IMG/VR virus record: IMGVR_UViG_3300001580_000018
Location: 54,352 to 74,351 of that record
Origin: an uncultured virus (IMG/VR IMGVR_UViG_3300001580_000018)
Lineage: Duplodnaviria; Heunggongvirae; Uroviricota; Caudoviricetes
DNA length: 20,000 bases
Strand: one strand, 5' to 3'
Part shown: one piece after another, positions 1-8,971 of the stretch
Layout of the letters: each line of letters begins with the position of its first letter
Numbering within the stretch: the first letter of the stretch is position 1
Notes under the pieces: model-generated
The model's input: only the letters and a program-made list of their open reading frames with translations
What the model was told of the DNA's origin: nothing
Databases searched by the model: none
Translations under genes and position numbers: made by a program

Positions 1-1062
1 AGATTAGATATGTTGAATGAAACACCTAATCCTGCCTGCGGGCGTTGTTATGAACAAGAGTCTGCGGGATTTTTTAGTGGTAGGAAAAGCGCCAACAAAC
101 ACCACGGACATCACGTCAAGAGAATACATTCCACCGACAAAACAGGGCGCACAGATCAGTTTGAAATGACCTATTGGGATATACGTTTCAGTAATCTCTG
201 CAATCTTAGTTGCCGTAGTTGTGGACACATCTTTTCAAGTTCCTGGTATCAAGACCAGGTGAAATTAGCCGGAACTGATTGGGCTCGGGAAAATAAACCT
301 TTGAACATCGCAGGCCGATCGCATCAAGACATGTGGAAGCAATTATTGCCACATCTGGACTATGTGGAACAGATCTATTTTGCTGGCGGTGAACCATTGA
401 TGATGGACGAGCACTATCACATCCTTGAAGAACTGGAACGTCGAGAGAGGTTTGACGTGCGATTGATCTATAATACTAATTTTACTCAAGTCAAGCTCAA
501 AAATCGATATGTGTTTGATTATTGGAAAAAGTTCAAGAGCGTAGCTGTGGGGGCCAGCCTGGATGCCATGGGCCCTCGCGCCGAATATATACGGAAAGGC
601 ACAGATTGGTTCACAGTGGAAGAAAATCGCCGCAGGATGATGGCCACTTGCCCCAATGTAGATTTCTATATCAGTCCCACTCTCAGCATCATGAACGCAT
701 GGCATCTGCCAGATTTCCACAGGGATTGGGTAGATAAAGGACTTATACGGCCACAAGACCTCAATGTCAACATTCTTCAAGATCCTGCACACTACCGTAT
801 AGATATCGCGCCAATGGCATATAAGCAAAGATTGCGACTCAAGTTCGAGGAGCATCTTGAATGGCTGCGTTCTCGGGATCCTTTACAACGTGCTACCGTG
901 GGATTTGAATCTGCCATTAAATTCATGATGGAAACCGATAAAACACATTTATTGCCCAAGTTTAAAGAAAAGATCGCACAGTTAGATACTATCCGAGGAG
1001 AATTTTTATTAAAGGCGATTCCTGAGCTTGAACCTTTATACTATGAAAATACCACACGATAA
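1..1062 (+). CDS. Twitch-domain radical SAM protein (5'-truncated by window edge)
   Basis: The frame is open from base 1. It has CxxxCxxC (NLCNLSCRSC), GGEP and YNTN motifs. The upstream CxxC (CGRC) matches the end of the N-terminal Cys cluster seen in the next two paralogs. Confidence 0.92.
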   Translation, partial: RLDMLNETPNPACGRCYEQESAGFFSGRKSANKHHGHHVKRIHSTDKTGRTDQFEMTYWDIRFSNLCNLSCRSCGHIFSSSWYQDQVKLAGTDWARENKPLNIAGRSHQDMWKQLLPHLDYVEQIYFAGGEPLMMDEHYHILEELERRERFDVRLIYNTNFTQVKLKNRYVFDYWKKFKSVAVGASLDAMGPRAEYIRKGTDWFTVEENRRRMMATCPNVDFYISPTLSIMNAWHLPDFHRDWVDKGLIRPQDLNVNILQDPAHYRIDIAPMAYKQRLRLKFEEHLEWLRSRDPLQRATVGFESAIKFMMETDKTHLLPKFKEKIAQLDTIRGEFLLKAIPELEPLYYENTTR

Positions 1063-2248
1063 ATTTTGTGTATTGCCCTGGGTGAGCCTGGAAACCAGTC
1101 CTGTTGGAACAGTGCGGCCGTGTTGTTTGGCCGATCACGAGATCACTGATGAATCAGGCAAAAAAATTTCTCTGGGTCAACGATCTTTTGATGATATTCG
1201 CAACAGCAGTTATATGAGAAAATTACGCCAGCAATTTTTAATAGCCGAAGAGCCCGAAACCTGTCGTCGTTGCTGGTCGGAAGAAAATTCTGGGCGTACC
1301 AGTAAAAGGATGCATACATTGGATCGTCTCAAGCACATGATCACTGACGAACAATGGACCGAGGACGCCAAACCATTGATGTTCCTGGACCTTAAATTGG
1401 GAAATATCTGCAATCTCAAATGCCGAATCTGTGGATCGTGGAGTTCTAGTACGTTTGCTGCCGAGGAGATACGTTATCAAAAAAATAAAAAAGATAATTT
1501 CCATTATGAGATGATGACACTGGGCCGATGGCCCAGAGAGGAACAACAGTTCTGGCAGGACTTAGAGAATAATATGTCTCAGCTGCGTTATCTAGAGTTT
1601 ACCGGCGGTGAACCATTTATGATACAAGAACATTTTGACCTGTTAAAAAAATTAGCAGACCGTGGTCATGCCGGGAATATTGAAATACATTATAATACCA
1701 ATGGTACGATATTCCCCGATGGGGCTGAAGAAATTTGGTGTCATTTCAAACGTGTAGAAATAGCATTCAGCATAGATGATGTTGGCAAGAGATTTGAATA
1801 TCAGCGATCCAATGCACAGTGGGAAGATGTTAATGCCAATATCGAGAAGTTTCGAGAAATACGTGGTCGAAATAATAACATCAGTCTACAAGTTTGTACC
1901 ACAGTAAATGTGTTTAACATTTTTTATCTCGAAGATGTGGCATCATGGATAGATCAACAAAGGTTTGATTTTGTTTATTGGAATATGTTGCACGATGCAC
2001 CTCAATTCTGCATTGCCAATCTACCACGCAAGGCCAAGGATCTGGCAGAAGCTACGCTACGAAACGCTAAATTTTCCCCCAGAAATCGTGTAGAGATATT
2101 GCGTATAATAGAGTTTATGCAACAGGGACTCAATGATTTTAGCGAAACATTGAGGCAAAGCATAGCACAGTTAGATCAACGGCGAGAACAAGATCTATCG
2201 ATAGTCGAGCCAGAACTGGCAAGAGCCATTGATTATGTCAAAATCTGA
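1043..2248 (+). CDS. Radical SAM protein with N-terminal twitch/SPASM-like domain
   Basis: ATG at 1043 is preferred over TTG at 1028. N-terminal FCVLPW...RPCC...CRRC is followed by CNLKCRIC, GGEP and YNTN. Confidence 0.93.
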   Translation: MKIPHDKFCVLPWVSLETSPVGTVRPCCLADHEITDESGKKISLGQRSFDDIRNSSYMRKLRQQFLIAEEPETCRRCWSEENSGRTSKRMHTLDRLKHMITDEQWTEDAKPLMFLDLKLGNICNLKCRICGSWSSSTFAAEEIRYQKNKKDNFHYEMMTLGRWPREEQQFWQDLENNMSQLRYLEFTGGEPFMIQEHFDLLKKLADRGHAGNIEIHYNTNGTIFPDGAEEIWCHFKRVEIAFSIDDVGKRFEYQRSNAQWEDVNANIEKFREIRGRNNNISLQVCTTVNVFNIFYLEDVASWIDQQRFDFVYWNMLHDAPQFCIANLPRKAKDLAEATLRNAKFSPRNRVEILRIIEFMQQGLNDFSETLRQSIAQLDQRREQDLSIVEPELARAIDYVKI

Positions 2249-3530
2249 GACTCTTTGTCTAGCACCATGGACGCATACCTACCTCTCGCCGCAGACGGAG
2301 CGCAGAATGTGCTGCGCATCACGAGAACCCGCACAGAATTTTCAGCAGTACATAGACACAGCATCGGGCACTGGTCGTTATATCCCTATGACATTAGAGC
2401 AACATTGGAACAGCGAACATATGAAGTCAGTACGCCGCAGGATGATGGCTGGAGAAACATTGCCTGAATGTGAAGTATGCAACAATAAACTTCTTAATAC
2501 TGATGTGTATCGAGATTATTTTTGGCATCTTTTCCGTCACAAATACGACGAACTTATGTTGATGACAGATATCACAGGTCATACTTTGGCTCGTCCAATA
2601 AGTTGGGATTATCGTTTTAGTAATCTTTGCAATTTCAAATGCCGCATGTGTGGTGACATGTTATCCAGCGCCTGGGAAAGTGAGCAACGACAGAATGACA
2701 TGATCGATTGGTCCAATTCCAAGAACGATTGGATGCGTCCCGAAGTGAGATCCGAGATAAGTAAATTCCAAGACACCCAGATAGAAGCTGAGTTCGCTCT
2801 AGCAGTAGAACAGCATCGCGTAGAAGAAATATACTGGGTAGGTGGCGAGCCATTGATGTATGAACAGCACTGGCGCTACATGAAACGTATAATCGAATTA
2901 GGAGACGGCCCACGTGTCTATGCTCGTTATAATACTAACCTTAGTCGTGTTCATTATCGCGGTATGGATCTTTACCGCGACATCCTGTGTAATATCAGAG
3001 ACTGGCAGATCTGCGCTAGCCTTGACGGCACAGGACAGATTGGAGAATACATCCGCACAGGACTCCGATATACAGAATGGAAAGAAAACTTCCAACGGGG
3101 AATAGATATACAACGACATCGCAGACAAATGAGGATAGATTTCACACTCACCCTCCCCGGTCTGTTCGAAGTAGAGAATATACAAAATCTTGCAGATAAA
3201 TTCGGAGTGGATATCCTTGCCAAAGTAGTTTTTAGTTTCAGTTCCGATATCATATTAAGTCCATTGTCCTTGCCGCGCAATTTATTAGATAAAAAAATTG
3301 ATCAATTAGTCGGTCAAACTCGCGGTGCGTTAAAGGACGTATTACTACAGCTCAAAAATAGACCCACATTTGAAGAGCAATGGCCCGACAAATGGTATCA
3401 GGGTTTGTTAAAAGGAAAACGTAGAATATTACAATTAGAAAAAATAAGGCAAGACGTGTACACAATGGAAGATATCTTAAAAGAGGACAAGGAAATATAT
3501 GAGTGGTGGAAAAATATTAGAACAGATTGA
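2235..3530 (+). CDS. Radical SAM protein with N-terminal twitch/SPASM-like domain
   Basis: ATG at 2235. LCLAPW...RMCC...CEVC is followed by CNFKCRMC, GGEP and YNTN. It overlaps both neighbouring genes. Confidence 0.93.
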   Translation: MSKSETLCLAPWTHTYLSPQTERRMCCASREPAQNFQQYIDTASGTGRYIPMTLEQHWNSEHMKSVRRRMMAGETLPECEVCNNKLLNTDVYRDYFWHLFRHKYDELMLMTDITGHTLARPISWDYRFSNLCNFKCRMCGDMLSSAWESEQRQNDMIDWSNSKNDWMRPEVRSEISKFQDTQIEAEFALAVEQHRVEEIYWVGGEPLMYEQHWRYMKRIIELGDGPRVYARYNTNLSRVHYRGMDLYRDILCNIRDWQICASLDGTGQIGEYIRTGLRYTEWKENFQRGIDIQRHRRQMRIDFTLTLPGLFEVENIQNLADKFGVDILAKVVFSFSSDIILSPLSLPRNLLDKKIDQLVGQTRGALKDVLLQLKNRPTFEEQWPDKWYQGLLKGKRRILQLEKIRQDVYTMEDILKEDKEIYEWWKNIRTD

Positions 3531-4560
3531 AATCGATCTAAGAGACCGACGAGGCACAATACTGACTATTTATTTTGATGTCTATGAAAATTCCTTGTCT
3601 AAAAAATGGTTAGATGCGTTGAATTATTTGTTGATCAATGATTATCATCTTGAAAAAAATTATTGTTTTTTTGGATTCGCCCAAGGAGAAAGAAACGGTA
3701 AAACAATATTAGATCAGATTAATAAAAGTATCTTAGCTATCAATGAATCCGAGTTAGACTACAAAATTGACGATTATTTTTCAATGGCTAATTCTATAGA
3801 TCAAGATCGGCGTCTAATACATGATAAATTTAATCATCTACACAGATACTTTGAGGATCTGCAAGGAGTTAGTGGTGCAATGAGTTCGCATTTTTTACGT
3901 GCAGATCCCCTCACTCGTTGGCATATAAGACAGTTAAATCTATTATGTCACGAATTTGAATCTTGGGCTCTGAGTCACCGGAAAGAAATAACTGCACCAG
4001 AATGGCAAAGACCTAGCCAACTCATGTGTTGGCTACATGCTCCGAGATTTGTATTAGATGAGGAAGATCATGAATTGTTTGGCATCGAGTCTCTTAATCG
4101 ACCATTGGGCGGTGTTTTTGTAGGTGTAAACAAAGCAGTTGGTAAACATCATTGGGAAGTATTCAACGACGAAGGGAAAGATTCTCGGATAGGTGAGCTT
4201 ACAACAAGTTCATTGAGATCACAGACTGAAGCTGCTGGGGATTTTGACATTGAGTGGGCAAATAATCCCGGAAATTTTCCTTGGCAAAAAAAACAGCTCG
4301 TAGAATTTCGTGATTGGTTAATAATCAATGGGTTCGATCCTGAAAATAAAAATTTAACTATCGGGCACCCACAAATCGGGCAAGTGGATTTATTAAGATC
4401 GTTTTCCTCCGAAAATTATCGAAGCATTTGGGATCAATTAAATACTCATCAAGACGTTTATTCAATACGTACTAGCACGGCTAAATCGATTTACGATTAT
4501 CGTTGGGATGATCCAGATTTTATCGATAGACAAATAGAAGTTATTAGCAAAGGATATTAA
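3499..4560 (+). CDS. Hypothetical protein (353 aa), possibly metal-binding
   Basis: Long ORF with AAGGA RBS at 3489-3493. It carries HLHRYFE, LCHEFES and KHHWE motifs. No family recognised. Confidence 0.8.
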   Translation: MSGGKILEQIEIDLRDRRGTILTIYFDVYENSLSKKWLDALNYLLINDYHLEKNYCFFGFAQGERNGKTILDQINKSILAINESELDYKIDDYFSMANSIDQDRRLIHDKFNHLHRYFEDLQGVSGAMSSHFLRADPLTRWHIRQLNLLCHEFESWALSHRKEITAPEWQRPSQLMCWLHAPRFVLDEEDHELFGIESLNRPLGGVFVGVNKAVGKHHWEVFNDEGKDSRIGELTTSSLRSQTEAAGDFDIEWANNPGNFPWQKKQLVEFRDWLIINGFDPENKNLTIGHPQIGQVDLLRSFSSENYRSIWDQLNTHQDVYSIRTSTAKSIYDYRWDDPDFIDRQIEVISKGY

Positions 4561-4561
4561 A

Positions 4562-4663
4562 ATGAAATGGTTGAGAAATCTTATCAATAAGATTAGATTA
4601 GAAATACGCTATCGCAAAAAACTCAAAGAATTACGTAAACGAGATCCTTTTATCTACAAATAA
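4562..4663 (+). CDS. Small basic peptide MKWLRNLINKIRLEIRYRKKLKELRKRDPFIYK (33 aa; not in the ORF track)
   Basis: AAGGA at 4550-4554, ATG at 4562, TAA at 4661-4663. It nearly fills the gap between the flanking genes. Confidence 0.8.
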   Translation: MKWLRNLINKIRLEIRYRKKLKELRKRDPFIYK

Positions 4664-4671
4664 TCTAGTAA

Positions 4672-6147
4672 ATGAGCATTTTAGGCATATCAGCAGGATT
4701 CCATGACGCAGCAATATCGGTGATAAGCTCTTCGGGGGATATCCTGTTTGCAGGCCATAGTGAACGCTACAGTAAAATCAAAAACGATCCCACGCTACAC
4801 CCGCAGCTGATAAAAGAAGCCATGGGGCATGGGTGCAGTACCTTGGCCTGGTATGAACGTCCTTGGATGCGTAATATACAGCAATGGAGATCTGGTCAAC
4901 GACAATACGGACCCTGGAACACTGGCGGCACCTTGCAGCAACATCTTGGCGAGTTTTATCAGCCTAAATTTGAATACAGTTTTCCCCATCATCTTAGTCA
5001 TGCTGCCGCGGGATTCCAGACCAGTCCGTTCGATCATGCCGCGGTAGTAGTAATAGATGCCATAGGCGAACTGGATACCATATCCATTTACCGTGCAGGT
5101 TATGACGATCAAGGTCGGGCACAATATCGGCGCATGTGGCTCCAGACTTATCCGCACAGCATTGGATTATTTTACAGCGCCGTGACACAGGCAGTGGGAC
5201 TAAAACCCATGGATGAAGAATACATCACCATGGGTATGGCTGCTTATGGGTCGGATCTTGGTACTGCATATCTTTTGGATCAAGTAGTCACTGATCAAGA
5301 AGAGATACAGTTTTACAAAAATCTACATATCGGGTTTGACGACAACGAAACAAAAAACATCTCCAATGAAAATTTAGCAGCCGCAGCACAAGGTGTAGTG
5401 GAAATTTTGATCATGAATGTCATGCGCCGCGCCAGGGAAATCACCGGCTCGGAGAATCTCGTGTACATGGGAGGCGTCGCGTTGAACTGTGTAGCTAATC
5501 GGCGGCTGGGGCAGATATTTGATCGTATTTGGATCATGCCTAACCCTGGTGATGCAGGGTCGAGTCTTGGTGCCGCAGCGTTGGTGTACCAACAGCGACT
5601 GAACTGGAAAGACGCATTCCTCGGGCACGAAATACGTGGCGACTATCCAGTGAAACCATTGCTAGATGAATTAGTCACTAACAAGATCGTAGGAGTGGCT
5701 TCGGGCCGTGCTGAGTTTGGCCCCCGGGCTTTGGGCAACCGTAGCCTGTTGGCAGACCCGCGAGGCCCAGAGATCAAGGATCGAGTCAACGAAATCAAGC
5801 GCCGACAGAAGTTCCGTCCGTTTGCCCCGGTGATACTAGAAGAGCTAGTAGATGATTATTTCTTGATGCCAGTGAACTGGGACACCAGCAGATACATGCA
5901 GATCGTGGCCCATGTCAAACGACCCGACCTATATCCAGCGATCACGCATGCGGATGGCACAGCAAGAGTGCAGACCGTGCCACGAGATGGCTCAGGAATA
6001 CGTCAATTGTTGGAACAATGGTATCTACTGACCGGATGCCCTATGCTGCTCAATACTTCGTTGAATATCCGCGGAGAAGCTATGGTCAACGATCGAGCAG
6101 ATGCTGATCGATTTGAAGAATTATACAATGTCAAGGTTTGTAGTTAA
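4672..6147 (+). CDS. Carbamoyltransferase, NodU/CmcH/TobZ family
   Basis: ILGIS..HDAA, ERYSK.K, HHLSHAA, GGVALN, GDAG, EFGPRALGNRS, FRPFAP, H.DGTARVQTV and LLNTSLN motifs. Confidence 0.96.
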   Translation: MSILGISAGFHDAAISVISSSGDILFAGHSERYSKIKNDPTLHPQLIKEAMGHGCSTLAWYERPWMRNIQQWRSGQRQYGPWNTGGTLQQHLGEFYQPKFEYSFPHHLSHAAAGFQTSPFDHAAVVVIDAIGELDTISIYRAGYDDQGRAQYRRMWLQTYPHSIGLFYSAVTQAVGLKPMDEEYITMGMAAYGSDLGTAYLLDQVVTDQEEIQFYKNLHIGFDDNETKNISNENLAAAAQGVVEILIMNVMRRAREITGSENLVYMGGVALNCVANRRLGQIFDRIWIMPNPGDAGSSLGAAALVYQQRLNWKDAFLGHEIRGDYPVKPLLDELVTNKIVGVASGRAEFGPRALGNRSLLADPRGPEIKDRVNEIKRRQKFRPFAPVILEELVDDYFLMPVNWDTSRYMQIVAHVKRPDLYPAITHADGTARVQTVPRDGSGIRQLLEQWYLLTGCPMLLNTSLNIRGEAMVNDRADADRFEELYNVKVCS

Positions 6148-7305
6148 TTGATCAATCAATCGATCTAATACCGGCTTGTTTCCACTGCTGAAATGATCTT
6201 GGTTATGCTTTATATCTTTAAAGCATTGTAAATACCATTGATGCAAATCAATCTTTGAAAGTTTTTGTATTGAGTTTTTGATAGCAAGCCATCTCTGTGT
6301 ATTATCATTGATAGTGTCGTAACGATTGTCAATTACATCATCAAAAACACGATAACCATGATCTCGTAACACCTGTAATGTTCCTGGTGGGCCAATCATC
6401 ACGAATGGTTGCCCATATTTAAAACATTTGTAAGTTTTTTCTGTGATAAATGTACCACCACTGCCGTCGGCATCAAAATGTGTTTCTAATACTAGATGGC
6501 AGTAAGATTGTTTATAAAGATCAACATTAACATTCCTGTGATCATTGTGTGCTACATCGTTGGCAGTATCACAAAAGTATGGCCCGTGAGATACAAAATT
6601 GTTGACTTCTGATCTCCATGTAGAATCAACATCTAATTCCAATGGGTTGTCACATTCTCGATCGCCGGTATCAACGGTTGTGTTATAACTCCAGAAACTT
6701 TGCATTAATAAATTTGATCGCTGTAAATCTGTCATCACTGATGCTCTCCACCATTTGTGCGATCGATTTAGTGCAGTAAATTGATACAGTTTAGGCGATA
6801 AATCGATGCGCTCTGCAGATTGCCGTCGATTGATGTAATGGAAAAAGAATTCATGATCGGGGAAAAAATAGAATTTTTCTAGATTTGACGCTTGAGAATT
6901 GGCCGATATAAACAAATAACAACTTTTAGGGAGATCGTGATATTCTAATAATTTTTCTATCCGAGTCTTAATATGTCCAGGATTGTCGCCTTCGTGATAA
7001 TAGAAAAGTATTTTTATATCGCCGACCTTGATGCGATCGATGGTTGTTTTGGGTATCATTCCGATATAATCGCATTCAAAATCAAACCATGCTACTGCGA
7101 TCGGATACCATGAATGTCGTGGTGCGTCAGATACATGGCATTGGTGTGTGGGTATCCCGTGCCTCTTGAAATAAACAAATAATCTACAAGGGATCGTTCT
7201 TGGGTAGGTATGATCGAATTCGTCTGGCCCTAGATTTTCATTGGCTAAATTAGGATAACCTAATACATTGGGATTAGACATGCGATCAAAACAAAAAGTC
7301 AACAT
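6121..7305 (-). CDS. Hypothetical protein, putative glycosyltransferase-like
   Basis: 394-aa ORF. The C-terminal LVLET...FITEKTYK...GQPF resembles the E-x-ITEK donor-binding motif of GT-B/GT10-like enzymes. Function is inferred. Confidence 0.6.
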   Translation of the reverse strand: MLTFCFDRMSNPNVLGYPNLANENLGPDEFDHTYPRTIPCRLFVYFKRHGIPTHQCHVSDAPRHSWYPIAVAWFDFECDYIGMIPKTTIDRIKVGDIKILFYYHEGDNPGHIKTRIEKLLEYHDLPKSCYLFISANSQASNLEKFYFFPDHEFFFHYINRRQSAERIDLSPKLYQFTALNRSHKWWRASVMTDLQRSNLLMQSFWSYNTTVDTGDRECDNPLELDVDSTWRSEVNNFVSHGPYFCDTANDVAHNDHRNVNVDLYKQSYCHLVLETHFDADGSGGTFITEKTYKCFKYGQPFVMIGPPGTLQVLRDHGYRVFDDVIDNRYDTINDNTQRWLAIKNSIQKLSKIDLHQWYLQCFKDIKHNQDHFSSGNKPVLDRLIDQLTTNLDIV

Positions 7306-7314
7306 ATTTTGGTG

Positions 7315-7343
7315 TTGTATTTTAATTAAAAATTTGTTATAAT
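7315..7343 (+). promoter_or_regulatory. Sigma70-type promoter with extended -10
   Basis: TTGTAT (7315-7320), 17-nt spacer, TATAAT (7338-7343) preceded by TG at 7335-7336. ATG 7352 follows 8 nt later. Confidence 0.75.
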
Positions 7344-7351
7344 AAAATCAT

Positions 7352-8971
7352 ATGTTTGATATTTTTTATCTGAATCGTCCAACTGGTATTTCCCCTCACG
7401 AACGACCAGCAGAGTCCATTGATCATGCGCGAGAGTTGTCTCGCACCAGATACTTATGGATAGTTGATGGATACAACGATTATTCTAATTTTGATTGGTT
7501 ATGGGAACCCTCGGCCTGGGAATCACATCAAGCGCATGTGTGGCCCAGTCAGCACCAAGAAAATGGTGGAACCTGGTTGATACCCAAAAACGGTTATCAA
7601 GATATCAATCGTAAGCATCCTTTGATAACAAAGGTCAAATCGGTCCCTAGATTACATATCAAACATTGCTCATCCAGTCTAGATCTGGGCGATGTCAACA
7701 CACGTTACGTTAGCGATTATCTAGGTACGCTCCGCCGAGCTTTAAGCCGAGTTGACTGGGAATATTGTTGGGTCACCTCAGATGTGTGCGATTACACTGG
7801 ATTTGATTTTACATGGCATCCCAGCGAATGGCAAGATCGCATGCTGCATGTATTCCCCAGCGACGAACAGAAGTTTGGAGATACGTTCTATGTGCATGTT
7901 CCTAGTTTTCTAGAAAAATCCAAGGAGTTGGCGCTGTTGGAATGGTTTGACACTATTCACTTTGTAGATGACATACGAGTAAAAAGATATCCAGTACCGC
8001 AAGTGATCTACAATACAGACAGCGTAGTGCCCGCGGTGTGGGCACACGACTTCCAAGATCCTGTAGTAGAGTTCAGTCGTTACGAGCAAGATAATATCCG
8101 ACCCGCATTAAATCTTTGGCGACAGGCGACCAAAGCAGTGACACCATTGCGCCACGGTGCAGAGAGTGTGCTGATACCCCGAGAGGTCAAGAATCATCTC
8201 CGCACACAGATCTATGATTATCCTGTGATAGATCGTACCTGGGATGTAGTACACAGCCGACCATTGGATATCGTTTTCATCTCTAATGGTGAATATGGTG
8301 CCGATGATCATTATAAATGCGTCGTATGGTCGATGAGGCAGCACGATTATAATCCAGAAAATCGCATACATCGTGTGGACGGGGTCAATGGTCGGGTGGC
8401 CGCATATCAGGCCGCAGCCCAAATGAGCCAGACTGACTGGTTCTTTGCTGTGTTTGCTAAACTACAGGTCAACGAAGATTTTGATTGGACCTGGCAGCCC
8501 GATAGATTGCAAGAAGCCAAGCACTACATCTTCCATGCTTATAATCCTGTAAACCATCTCACTTATGGCCACCAGGCCATGATCGCCTATAACCGGAGAC
8601 TGGTGCTAGAGAATGTTGGCGCAGGCTTGGATTTTACACTAGATCAACCCCACGAAGTAGTACCCATAGTATCAGGTACTGCTTACTATGACAACGATCC
8701 TTGGACCTGCTGGCGCACAGCATTCCGCGAAGTGCTTAAACTACGTCATAGCTTACCAGATGTAGAAAACGAATATCGCATGAACGAATGGTTGACCAAG
8801 GGCGAAGGAGTCAACGGTCACTGGAGCGTGATTGGCGCCGAGGATGCCATGGACTACTATGATCGAGTTAGTGGGGAGTTTGACGAACTTAAGAAAAGCT
8901 ACGAGTGGCAATGGTTGGCATCATACGCCATGATGCTTCATCCCACGCTTTTCACGCACTCCAAGACTTGA
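7352..8971 (+). CDS. Putative glycosyltransferase-like protein with internal repeats
   Basis: 539 aa. The C-terminal LDIVFISNGE...RVDGVNGRVAAYQAAA...TDWFFAV segment is GT-A-like. The FDW/FxWxP unit occurs three times. Confidence 0.6.
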   Translation: MFDIFYLNRPTGISPHERPAESIDHARELSRTRYLWIVDGYNDYSNFDWLWEPSAWESHQAHVWPSQHQENGGTWLIPKNGYQDINRKHPLITKVKSVPRLHIKHCSSSLDLGDVNTRYVSDYLGTLRRALSRVDWEYCWVTSDVCDYTGFDFTWHPSEWQDRMLHVFPSDEQKFGDTFYVHVPSFLEKSKELALLEWFDTIHFVDDIRVKRYPVPQVIYNTDSVVPAVWAHDFQDPVVEFSRYEQDNIRPALNLWRQATKAVTPLRHGAESVLIPREVKNHLRTQIYDYPVIDRTWDVVHSRPLDIVFISNGEYGADDHYKCVVWSMRQHDYNPENRIHRVDGVNGRVAAYQAAAQMSQTDWFFAVFAKLQVNEDFDWTWQPDRLQEAKHYIFHAYNPVNHLTYGHQAMIAYNRRLVLENVGAGLDFTLDQPHEVVPIVSGTAYYDNDPWTCWRTAFREVLKLRHSLPDVENEYRMNEWLTKGEGVNGHWSVIGAEDAMDYYDRVSGEFDELKKSYEWQWLASYAMMLHPTLFTHSKT

